Source: a candidate division WOR-3 bacterium (GTDB lineage Bacteria; Hydrothermota; Tepidihabitantia; Tepidihabitantales; Tepidihabitantaceae). Taken from it: a DNA stretch of 16,046 nucleotides. The notes under the pieces are model-generated. The model was given only the letters and a program-made list of their open reading frames with translations. It was not told where the DNA came from and ran no database searches. The stretch lies in the NCBI GenBank assembly GCA_039801225.1, contig JBDRUH010000033.1:1-16046 (forward strand). Direction: 5' to 3'. Of the stretch, positions 9,301-15,810 are shown piece by piece. The position numbers and the translations under genes are program-made. Position 1 is the first letter of the stretch. Each line of letters begins with the position of its first letter.

Positions 9301-10104
9301 AACCTCGGTGTGCCAGCCCTTGCGTCTTTTCCACCGGGCAAATGGCTCAACCGCACTATAGAAATTGTCGTTGACAATAATTAGATAACAGCCATTCTCT
9401 GCCTTCGGAGGCGAGAGGAAGCGGTAATTGGCGATAAAGGATTTGTAAAGAGGCTCAAAGGCAGGGGAGATTCTATGCCGGCGTCTTGTTTTAACATTGA
9501 GGGTTGAATATCCTTCATAGCGGAGTTCAACTTTGAGTTTTTTTGCCACCCTAAGTTCACCCGAAACCGGATTGAAACGCACCGGCTGAAGCACCAGTTG
9601 GACCAGACGAAAGTCACGCATAATCATCGGCGCACTCATACGCACAGATAACTCAGGATAGAACTCATTAGTAGAATAACGCTTCTCATCAATTACAAAC
9701 TCCTGAAACCTTTGTTCTTCCGGTAATGGCGGCTGGGCAGGATAGACATTATACCCCTTGAGAGTAATAACATCCTCCTCTAACACCTTTATCTGAACAT
9801 CTTTGTCATCAGGAATGGCGATGAGTCGGGCAAGAACTGGCAGTTGTGGTGATCCGACTTCGGTGAGAACTCCACCGCCAGAAATTCCGAGTTGCAGGGT
9901 TTGAAAAACCTTTTCCTGAACAGCAATATCTTCTACATAAAGTCCAAAAAGGTTGAGTTCAACCACAGTTCTTTGGGAGTTTGAACTCAGGACTTTGAAA
10001 TCTAACGGTGTTTCTGGACTACCGGGAGTAAAAGGCGCCCAGCGTCCTTCACCGATTTGCAGATAAAGCAGCGCAAATAAAACAACTACAACGATTTTCT
10101 TCAC
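6397..10104 (-). CDS. Secreted C25 (gingipain-like) cysteine peptidase with propeptide, Ig-like repeats and a C-terminal FlgD-Ig/T9SS-like sorting domain
   Basis: GTG start with AAGGAGG; signal peptide; propeptide motif GSPQLP; YVLLIGD; catalytic YRGHG (H438) and APTCLSG (C473); C-terminal VFDITGREVRTL...WDGKD...GVYFIRL. Confidence 0.9.
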   Translation of the reverse strand: MKKIVVVVLFALLYLQIGEGRWAPFTPGSPETPLDFKVLSSNSQRTVVELNLFGLYVEDIAVQEKVFQTLQLGISGGGVLTEVGSPQLPVLARLIAIPDDKDVQIKVLEEDVITLKGYNVYPAQPPLPEEQRFQEFVIDEKRYSTNEFYPELSVRMSAPMIMRDFRLVQLVLQPVRFNPVSGELRVAKKLKVELRYEGYSTLNVKTRRRHRISPAFEPLYKSFIANYRFLSPPKAENGCYLIIVNDNFYSAVEPFARWKRRKGWHTEVVTLSEIGGNDTALIYNYIHNAYNNWTYPPDYVLLIGDAPEYLRCNRWPGNTDASDLYYSLQEGNDILADLMIARVCARSLTEAQVMLNKLYKYEKEPYLDNTEWFKKVCALAGYEGSGRFWTVVIRIRNYVMNNPFTQFDTLFERWGLNTAQALTDSLNLGRAWMLYRGHGDVAAWANVDPSWTNSNVSALNNGRMLPMVIAPTCLSGNFDETEDCHAEAWLKAGEEKGGCGYFGASEVSYSGYNDSLAAGTFISYVDSLFYTFAQCTQAGKLFMLQAYPLPDDISEEEIYMFNNFGEPELNIWSQTPKELTVEHPAVVPIGSFQFPVTVTANNTPVENAQVCVMSEQDTTVFYVAHTNPSGEVTFNLETTQPGDSLYVTVTGRNLRPYLGSAITIAPNSGYVLYRRSLINDSLGNSDGIINPGETIELPVWVKNWGMMVANSVTGKLRTSDPKITITDSAKAFGDIPAGDSAFTGPDGFGFYVAPSCTNGYQLKFSLECRDELDSVWNSNITLYVGTPVMVYVTNTINDPPPGGNGDGKLDPGESAQLFVTLKNIGLGNGYSVSGKLRSGDNRLQVTDSLAQFGFIPKDSIKKNSSDPFTLHTQSTIPPETPIPCTLKISALDGYSKTLVFNIVVGEIRTIDPIPDNAQPPVYWAYDDVDTLYNQHPEFSWVEIRNLGTRLTLSDDQTKQVNLPLSFGPFIFYGEIYNQISVCSNGWLAPGYTTNTTYNNTTLPNSDMPPLLAANWDDLYPYYGGGVWYYYDSLNHRFIVEWDSVYYTGVGDWDKFEIIIYDTTVNTPTGDNQIIFQYLSANYYVSSTVGTQDPTKTIAIQYLYNTNYHRGAAGIVPNRAIKFISGEPYTGYEEIMDARIKKLTLHLNQNPLRDRGVVHFSLPIKTEVKLTVFDITGREVRTLAKGKFPPGTHSAIWDGKDNHGKTLAPGVYFIRLHSLPEGAQSAVLITKAVLIK

Positions 10105-10133
10105 TTTGCCTCCTTAATTAGTCTTCGAGCCTA

Positions 10134-10161
10134 AGATTAGGCTATTACCCGTTTAAGTCAA
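10134..10161 (-). promoter_or_regulatory. Sigma70-type promoter for the C25 peptidase and rimI
   Basis: Minus strand: TTGACT (10161-10156), N16, TAATCT (10139-10134). The -10 lies within the palindrome at 10128-10143. Confidence 0.7.
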
Positions 10162-10184
10162 TAAAAGCGTGAGCCGAGAAGGTC

Positions 10185-10213
10185 TTGCCAGTATCTTTAT
10201 TCTCCGTTAAGAT
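10185..10213 (+). promoter_or_regulatory. Sigma70-type promoter, likely leaderless, for the DUF554 gene
   Basis: TTGCCA (10185-10190), N17, TAAGAT (10208-10213). ATG at 10219, no SD. Confidence 0.55.
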
Positions 10214-10218
10214 TTTTG

Positions 10219-10896
10219 ATGATTGGCACGATAGTTAATACCGCTACGGTTATTGTCGGGAGTCTGGTCGGCGTTTTTCTTCACAGCCGTTTCCCAGAAA
10301 GATTGACAAAAATAATCTTTCAGGCAATCGGTCTTTTTACCCTGTTTTTAGGATTTGCTATGGCGCTCAAGACCCAGAAGATGCTGATTCTTATTTTCTC
10401 AATTGTCGGCGGTGCACTCATCGGCGAACTGATAGATATTGACCGGCATCTCAGCCGATTCGGTGAATGGCTGAAGGCAAAATTACGGATTAGCGGGAAG
10501 CATTTTACCGAAGGGTTGGTAACCGCATTTTTGGTCTTCTGTATGGGTTCAATGACGGTGCTTGGCGCGGTGGAGGAAGGATTGGGAAAGACACCAAACC
10601 TTTATTTTGCCAAGTCGCTCCTTGATGGTTTTGCTTCAGTTGCCCTGGCCGCCGGTCTGGGGCTCGGCGTGCTCTTTTCGGCAATTCCGCTCTTTATTTA
10701 CCAGGCGGGATTGACCCTATTGGTCCGCCTGCTCAACACCCTTTTGACGGAAAGGATTGCCGCCGAGATGACCGCGGTTGGCGGGCTCATCCTTATCGGT
10801 TTGGGTATAAACCTCTTGGAAATCAAACGGCTCAAGGTGCTCAATATGTTGCCAGCGCTCCTTGTCGCCATTCTATTAACGCTTATCTTCAGTTAA
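10219..10896 (+). CDS. DUF554 (YqgA-like) multi-pass membrane protein
   Basis: MIGTIVNTATVIVGSLVG, FCMGSMTVLGA, AKSLLDG, GVLFSAIP...YQ and NMLPAL. ATG 10219 preferred over TTG 10216. Confidence 0.88.
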   Translation: MIGTIVNTATVIVGSLVGVFLHSRFPERLTKIIFQAIGLFTLFLGFAMALKTQKMLILIFSIVGGALIGELIDIDRHLSRFGEWLKAKLRISGKHFTEGLVTAFLVFCMGSMTVLGAVEEGLGKTPNLYFAKSLLDGFASVALAAGLGLGVLFSAIPLFIYQAGLTLLVRLLNTLLTERIAAEMTAVGGLILIGLGINLLEIKRLKVLNMLPALLVAILLTLIFS

Positions 10897-10913
10897 CAAT
10901 TTCTTAGGTAGTA

Positions 10914-10941
10914 TTGACTTTATTTGCCCTTTTTCTAAACT
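10914..10941 (+). promoter_or_regulatory. Sigma70-type promoter for lepB
   Basis: TTGACT (10914-10919), N16, TAAACT (10936-10941). ATG follows 10 nt later, no SD. Confidence 0.65.
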
Positions 10942-10951
10942 GGTCTCTATT

Positions 10952-11773
10952 ATGAGCGGATTTACTCGCGGGATAAAACACTTTATCCGGGAATGGACAC
11001 CGGTGATTATCGCCGTCCTTTTGATTCGTTCATTTCTGGTTGAGGCGTTTATGGTGCCAACCGGTTCAATGGAGGATACCATTGCTATCGGAGACTTTAT
11101 GCTGGTCAACAAGTTTACCTACGGGGTCAAACTTCCCTTTACCGACAGGGTTCTCATACCTATCTCAACTCCCAAGCGAGGGGATATTGTTGTCTTTCGG
11201 TTTCCGGTTGACCCGGATATGCCGACAGATTCACTCTACTTCAATCGTTATGTCCGGATATTTCCCCGCTGGCTACCGCTTTTGCCGGTCTATTGGGACC
11301 GAAAGGCAAATTTCTTTACCTGGTATATTCCCCGCAACTTTATCAAGCGGTGCGTGGCGGTTGCGGGCGATACGGTTGAGGTGCGGAATAAAGAACTATA
11401 TGTTAATGGTATCAAGGAGAATGCGCCCTATGTTGTTCACAAATTCTATTACACCATTCCCGGTCTGCCTTTAGAACTCAACGCCGATTTCCAGAAACTT
11501 TGGGAGACTCGCCGGTTTTACCGTTCTGACCTTTCTCCTTATGTCCGCGACAATTTTGGTCCGGTGGTTGTTCCACCGGGGCACATTTTTGCGATGGGCG
11601 ACAATCGGGATAACTCCGAAGACTGCCGGTTCTGGGGTCCGTTAGAATTGCGTCATATCAAAGGTAAGCCTTTAGTGCTCTACTTCTCCTCCAGCGCCGC
11701 GCCCAATATCGCCCGTATCATCCTTTCGCCCTGGGCAATCCGATTTAACCGGATTGGTCGACTGGTGCGTTAG
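10952..11773 (+). CDS. lepB: Signal peptidase I
   Basis: One N-terminal TM; VPTGSMEDT (catalytic Ser), RGDIVVF, FIKRCVA (catalytic Lys) and MGDNRDNSEDCRFWG. Confidence 0.96.
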   Translation: MSGFTRGIKHFIREWTPVIIAVLLIRSFLVEAFMVPTGSMEDTIAIGDFMLVNKFTYGVKLPFTDRVLIPISTPKRGDIVVFRFPVDPDMPTDSLYFNRYVRIFPRWLPLLPVYWDRKANFFTWYIPRNFIKRCVAVAGDTVEVRNKELYVNGIKENAPYVVHKFYYTIPGLPLELNADFQKLWETRRFYRSDLSPYVRDNFGPVVVPPGHIFAMGDNRDNSEDCRFWGPLELRHIKGKPLVLYFSSSAAPNIARIILSPWAIRFNRIGRLVR

Positions 11774-11785
11774 AAGAAGAAGAAT

Positions 11786-11823
11786 AGGTTAAGGTTTAGG
11801 TTTACTTTCCTTAGCCTTAACCT
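11786..11823. terminator. Hairpin built from hexamer repeats between convergent lepB and the pgsA-like gene; possible bidirectional terminator
   Basis: AGGTTAAGGTTTAGG, loop TTTACTTT, CCTTAGCCTTAACCT. The outer 9 bp pair perfectly. There is no immediately adjacent poly-U on +. Confidence 0.55.
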
Positions 11824-11840
11824 CAGCTTCAACCTACCAT

Positions 11841-12461
11841 TTAACCCTGTTCCCCGGGCAAATGGAATTTTACCATTATCCGGAGGAAGAGAAAAGAATA
11901 GTTTATGAAGGAGACAACGATTAAAACCAAAACGGTCCAATCGGCAAAGGGTTTGAAGCGGTAGATCACCGGTATAATTCGGCGCAAAAAACCTGGGTTA
12001 GAGTCCAGCGTCAGGGTATAAAAGAGAATCAAAAGGGCAAAGGCACAGCCGGTAATTTTACCGACAACATCAGAAGAAACCAGCGACCCGCGCATCTTTA
12101 ACAGATAGGCGCTGCCGGCAAGGATTAAAATGTCGCGGAGCACTACCGCGCCAACAATATAAAGCGGTAAATTGCTGATGTATACCAAGGAGATTAAAAC
12201 CAGCGCCACCCAGATTTTATCAACCAGATGGTCAAGGATTCGTCCGGTGTCCGAGACTTGATTCAGCCGACGTGCCAGATAACCGTCAAGGGCATCGGTG
12301 GACCAGGAGAAAAGCATTGCGCCAATTGCCGGTAACGGTTGGCGTCGGAAAAGAAAGAAAAGCACCACCGGAAGGAGAAAGAGCCGGGATATGCTCAAGA
12401 TATTGGGAATGGTAAGAATCTTGGTACCGTTCTGAGTTCTGACTTGGGATTGCTGATTCAC
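11841..12461 (-). CDS. CDP-alcohol phosphatidyltransferase (PgsA-like)
   Basis: TIPNILSISR and TDALDGYLARRLNQVSDTGRILDHLVDK (family signature). The probable start is GTG 12461, overlapping the nadK TAG; the ORF track extends to 12482. Confidence 0.9.
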   Translation of the reverse strand: MNQQSQVRTQNGTKILTIPNILSISRLFLLPVVLFFLFRRQPLPAIGAMLFSWSTDALDGYLARRLNQVSDTGRILDHLVDKIWVALVLISLVYISNLPLYIVGAVVLRDILILAGSAYLLKMRGSLVSSDVVGKITGCAFALLILFYTLTLDSNPGFLRRIIPVIYRFKPFADWTVLVLIVVSFINYSFLFLRIMVKFHLPGEQG

Positions 12462-13327
12462 TACCGTTGACCGCCGGACCACTGCAATTTTTCTCTAAGA
12501 ATTTCAAAATAACTCTTTCCCTTCGGTACCACCAAGCGGACACAAAACTCCGCTCGGGAGATGTCTATCCTGGTGCCGGCTGTCACCCGCCATCTCCTTT
12601 GACCATCCAAGTTCAAAACCGCTGACTGGGATTTATCAGTAAGTTCCAATGAAACTGTTTCTTCTCCAGGAAGAACGACCGGGCGGGCAGCCAGGGCGTG
12701 GGGGGCAAGCGGGGTCAGAATAATCGCCGACATTGTTGGATATACTACCGGACCACCCGCGGCCAGCGAGTAGGCGGTTGAGCCGGTTGGAGTTGCTACA
12801 ACCACACCGTCACCAACAAATTTATTTACAAAATTTTTTCCGCACCAGACAACAACCTCAATTACCCTATTGGAATTTCCCATATTCAAGGCACAATCAT
12901 TTAAGGCATAACCCAAGTGGGCTGATGGACGACGGCTTTCGGTTTTCGGCTCTCGGCTTTGCCAGCAGGAAAGAACCATTCGTTTTTCCTCGGAATGCTC
13001 GCCGCGGGCAAAATTTTCTATACCCGCACGCGCCTCCTGGATAGAAAATTCGGTGAGAAAACCAAGACCGCCAAGATTGACACCCATTAACGGCTTTTCA
13101 CTCTTTCCTACCAGTCGAGCGGCACGGAGGAGTGTTCCATCGCCACCCAGCGCAACCACCAGGTCAGCCTGTAGATGGGTAAGCCGGACTGGATTGTCAA
13201 TAATATCTTTGGGTGGCTCATCCACAAATCCCGGCTGATAACCCTTTTTCTTCAGCCAGCGATAAAAAGGCGGTACAAACCTTCGGGCAACTGTTTTGTT
13301 CCAGTTTACCACCAAGGCAATCTTCAT
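12461..13327 (-). CDS. nadK: NAD(+) kinase
   Basis: LGGDGTLL, GVNLGGLGFL, ALND, DGVVVATPTGSTAYSLAAGGP and LDGQ. Confidence 0.96.
   Translation of the reverse strand: MKIALVVNWNKTVARRFVPPFYRWLKKKGYQPGFVDEPPKDIIDNPVRLTHLQADLVVALGGDGTLLRAARLVGKSEKPLMGVNLGGLGFLTEFSIQEARAGIENFARGEHSEEKRMVLSCWQSREPKTESRRPSAHLGYALNDCALNMGNSNRVIEVVVWCGKNFVNKFVGDGVVVATPTGSTAYSLAAGGPVVYPTMSAIILTPLAPHALAARPVVLPGEETVSLELTDKSQSAVLNLDGQRRWRVTAGTRIDISRAEFCVRLVVPKGKSYFEILREKLQWSGGQR
12919..12960. repeat. Degenerate heptamer tract inside nadK
   Basis: GGGCTGA TGGACGA CGGCTTT CGGTTTT CGGCTCT CGGCTTT; encodes part of QSREPKTESRRPSAH. Confidence 0.6.
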
Positions 13328-13332
13328 TATAG

Positions 13333-14181
13333 TTAACTCCTAAGTGCCGATTGGTTTTTGATAAAGGCATAGCGCACCTTACCATAGAGGTCGCGTTCAA
13401 TTTCCGCACTCGGTATCAGTTCTTTTACAAACTCACCCTGAGTGGAATCAATCTCCAGTGCCATTAACCCATTAGGTGCCAAAAGCGAAGGTCCGTCTTT
13501 TAAAAGCATCTTAAGAACTTTAACACCCTTTTCTTTTCCATCAAGGGCAATTTGTGGTTCGTAGTGCCGCACCCTTTTCGGTAAATTTTTTAGCCGTTCC
13601 TTAGGAATATAGGGAGGGTTGGAAATCAGTAGGTCTAACCCGTTAGCCGGCAGCACCGATTTTAATTCGGTGAGGCTGCCGGCTCGGAAAAGTATTATCC
13701 GGTCAAAAAGGTTATAGCGGTAAATGTTTTTCTCTGCGACCATTAACGCTTTCCTTGATATGTCAACCGCAAAGATTTTTGCCTTGGGGAAAATACGTGC
13801 CAGGGCAATGGCGATACAGCCGGAACCGGTCCCGTAGTCTAAGACAACCTCAGGAGAGTGTACCCTTGCCGCTGTCCGCAAAACCAGTTCTTCGGTCTCG
13901 GGACGGGGAATAAAAACCCTTTCATCCACATAGAGGTCAAGGTCAAGAAAAGGCGCCGAGTGCACCAGATACTGCACCGGTTCGCCCAATTCTGCCCGCC
14001 TTGCCAGTTCCAAGAATTTTCGGGCATCTTCCCGGCTGATTTCCTCTTTAGAGAGGTAAAGTTCGTGCCTTTTTAAATTAGTAATTTTCATTAAAAGGAA
14101 CTCCGCCTCTTCAAGGGGAATTTTTGGGTTTTGGCTTTTGGGTTTTGGCTTTTGGGTTTTGGCTTTTAGCGCTTGTCTCAT
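13333..14181 (-). CDS. prmC: Release factor glutamine methyltransferase
   Basis: [51 protein letters not shown] overlap with prfA. Confidence 0.95.
   Translation of the reverse strand: MRQALKAKTQKPKPKSQNPKIPLEEAEFLLMKITNLKRHELYLSKEEISREDARKFLELARRAELGEPVQYLVHSAPFLDLDLYVDERVFIPRPETEELVLRTAARVHSPEVVLDYGTGSGCIAIALARIFPKAKIFAVDISRKALMVAEKNIYRYNLFDRIILFRAGSLTELKSVLPANGLDLLISNPPYIPKERLKNLPKRVRHYEPQIALDGKEKGVKVLKMLLKDGPSLLAPNGLMALEIDSTQGEFVKELIPSAEIERDLYGKVRYAFIKNQSALRS
14122..14170. repeat. Perfect tandem repeat (TTTTGGGTTTTGGC)x3 plus TTTTAGC in the 5' end of prmC
   Basis: Read directly from the sequence; encodes [15 protein letters not shown]. Confidence 0.95.
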
Positions 14182-15248
14182 AGGTTTGCCTCTGCCTGTT
14201 CCAGCGCTTCAAAAAGGGGGTCAATTTCACCATCCAAAACCGTCTCCAGGTTGTATAAAGAGAAGCCAATTCGGTGGTCGGTTACCCGATTCTGGGGAAA
14301 ATTATAGGTGCGAATTTTCTCGCTGCGTTCACCGGTGCCGATCTGTTTCCGCCGGGTGGCGGTAGTTCTTGCCTCCTCCTCTTTTCGGCGGATTTCACCC
14401 AAACGGGCTAAAAGCACCTTCATCGCCTTTGCCCGATTGCGCGCCTGAGACCGTTCATCCTGACACACCACAGTAATACCGGTAGGCAGATGGGTCAACC
14501 GAACCGCCGAACTTACCTTGTTGACATTCTGACCACCATGCCCGCCCGCCCGGAATGTCTCCATTTTAATCTCTTCCGGTTTTACTTTTAATTCCAACTC
14601 CTCTTGTTCCGGTAAAACCGCTACAGTAACAGTTGATGTGTGAATTCTACCTGAAGCCTCGGTTACCGGAACCCTTTGAACGCGGTGCACTCCACTTTCA
14701 AACCGGAAAAAGCGATATGGTGAAGAACCTTCTACAGAAAAAATGATTTCCTTAAAACCTCCCAAGTCACTCGGTCGTGAGGAAAGCACCTCTATTTGCA
14801 GTTTATGTCGTTCGGCAAATTTAGAATACATTCGGAACAGGTCAGCAGCAAATAACGCCGCCTCTTCACCACCGGCAGCGGCTCTAATCTCAACAATGCA
14901 CCCCTTGCGCCACTCAGGCGGTTGAGGCATCATCATTTCCTTTAACTCCTGACGCAGGGTGTTGAGCCTTTTCTCTATCCGCGTCAGTTCTGTCTGGGCC
15001 AATTCCTTCAACTCCGGCTCCAGAGCACCTCGGGCTAACTCGCGGGTATCCTGCAACTCTTCTTCCAGCCGGCGATACTCCTCAATTCGGGATAAAACCT
15101 CGGACACCTCCTTATGCTCTCTAACTACTGTCTGGTATTGGGAAGGAGTCGCCATTATTGCCGGGTCGGTAAGGAGCCGCTCCAGTTCCACCCGCCGCCG
15201 CTGCCACTCTTCAAACCTCTGGGAGATCTCTTCAAACGAAATTGCCAT
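14178..15248 (-). CDS. prfA: Peptide chain release factor 1
   Basis: [23 protein letters not shown] (the PxT motif of RF1), GGQNVNK and [20 protein letters not shown]. Confidence 0.98.
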   Translation of the reverse strand: MAISFEEISQRFEEWQRRRVELERLLTDPAIMATPSQYQTVVREHKEVSEVLSRIEEYRRLEEELQDTRELARGALEPELKELAQTELTRIEKRLNTLRQELKEMMMPQPPEWRKGCIVEIRAAAGGEEAALFAADLFRMYSKFAERHKLQIEVLSSRPSDLGGFKEIIFSVEGSSPYRFFRFESGVHRVQRVPVTEASGRIHTSTVTVAVLPEQEELELKVKPEEIKMETFRAGGHGGQNVNKVSSAVRLTHLPTGITVVCQDERSQARNRAKAMKVLLARLGEIRRKEEEARTTATRRKQIGTGERSEKIRTYNFPQNRVTDHRIGFSLYNLETVLDGEIDPLFEALEQAEANL

Positions 15249-15336
15249 ATCTAACCTATAATATCACTTAAGGAAAGTAAACCGGGTGGGATTCCTCTAA
15301 AGGTATTGACTGGGTCATATTCATCAACACATTTTA

Positions 15337-15364
15337 ATTATCCAGCAATTTTCCTGATTGTCAA
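15337..15364 (-). promoter_or_regulatory. Candidate promoter for the prfA operon
   Basis: Minus strand: TTGACA (15364-15359), N16, GATAAT (15342-15337). Confidence 0.55.
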
Positions 15365-15413
15365 TGTTCGTCTTTTTAGATTTAAACTTTTCCATCGGTA
15401 AAATTTTTTGTCT

Positions 15414-15689
15414 TCGTTTGAAATGCTGTTGTTACCTTTAATCTTGTTTGGGTTATTAAAATTGTTTAAAGTTGGTTTTTTACCTTTCCCTTTAAATCGG
15501 CTCTTCAACCGCTTTAAAGCCTGCTTTTTAGTTTTGAAACAAGAGTTAAAACAAAAATCGGACCAAAGACCCTTGCTAAACCACTTTTTACAACCGTTTC
15601 TTTAGTTGATTTTCCCTTTGAACTTACCTCCGAGTTTACTAGCAAACTTAACACCAAGCCCAAAACCTATTCAACAAAGGGTTTTACCA
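15414..15689. repeat. Degenerate tandem array with 12-bp period (23 units), apparently non-coding
   Basis: Cut into 12-mers from 15414: position 9 is A in 19/23 units, position 7 is a pyrimidine in 20/23, and positions 7-9 are TTA in 10 units and CAA in 4. Confidence 0.7.
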
Positions 15690-15735
15690 CCCTAGTGCTG
15701 GAGTGGACAGCCCCCCAGATAAACCGGTCTTCAAA

Positions 15736-15761
15736 TTAAGTTATTTAATTACGATACTTAA
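15736..15761. other. Inverted repeat TTAAGT-N14-ACTTAA
   Basis: TTAAGTtatttaattacgatACTTAA, read directly. Confidence 0.5.
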
Positions 15762-15810
15762 CTCAATTATAACCATCAGAATTTTGTTTATGTATAAATA
15801 AACTGTATTA

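Noticed and set aside
14178..15248. Programmed frameshift in the release factor gene
   Set aside because: This is RF1 (PVT motif) with a continuous ORF; the autoregulatory frameshift is a feature of prfB.
354..15261. Alternative-frame and antisense ORFs from the track (e.g. 3686-4153, 5113-5586, 8230-8637, 11040-11474, 14959-15261)
   Set aside because: They overlap well-supported conserved genes and show no motifs or RBS; treated as shadow ORFs.
15408..15605. 65-aa plus-strand ORF
   Set aside because: TTG start without an SD. Its Leu/Gln every fourth residue simply reflects the 12-bp array, and it stops mid-array while the periodicity continues.
15414..15689. CRISPR or TIGR-type array
   Set aside because: No near-identical repeats of 20 nt or more, no 36-nt unit with conserved boxes that I can see, and no associated effector gene in the window.
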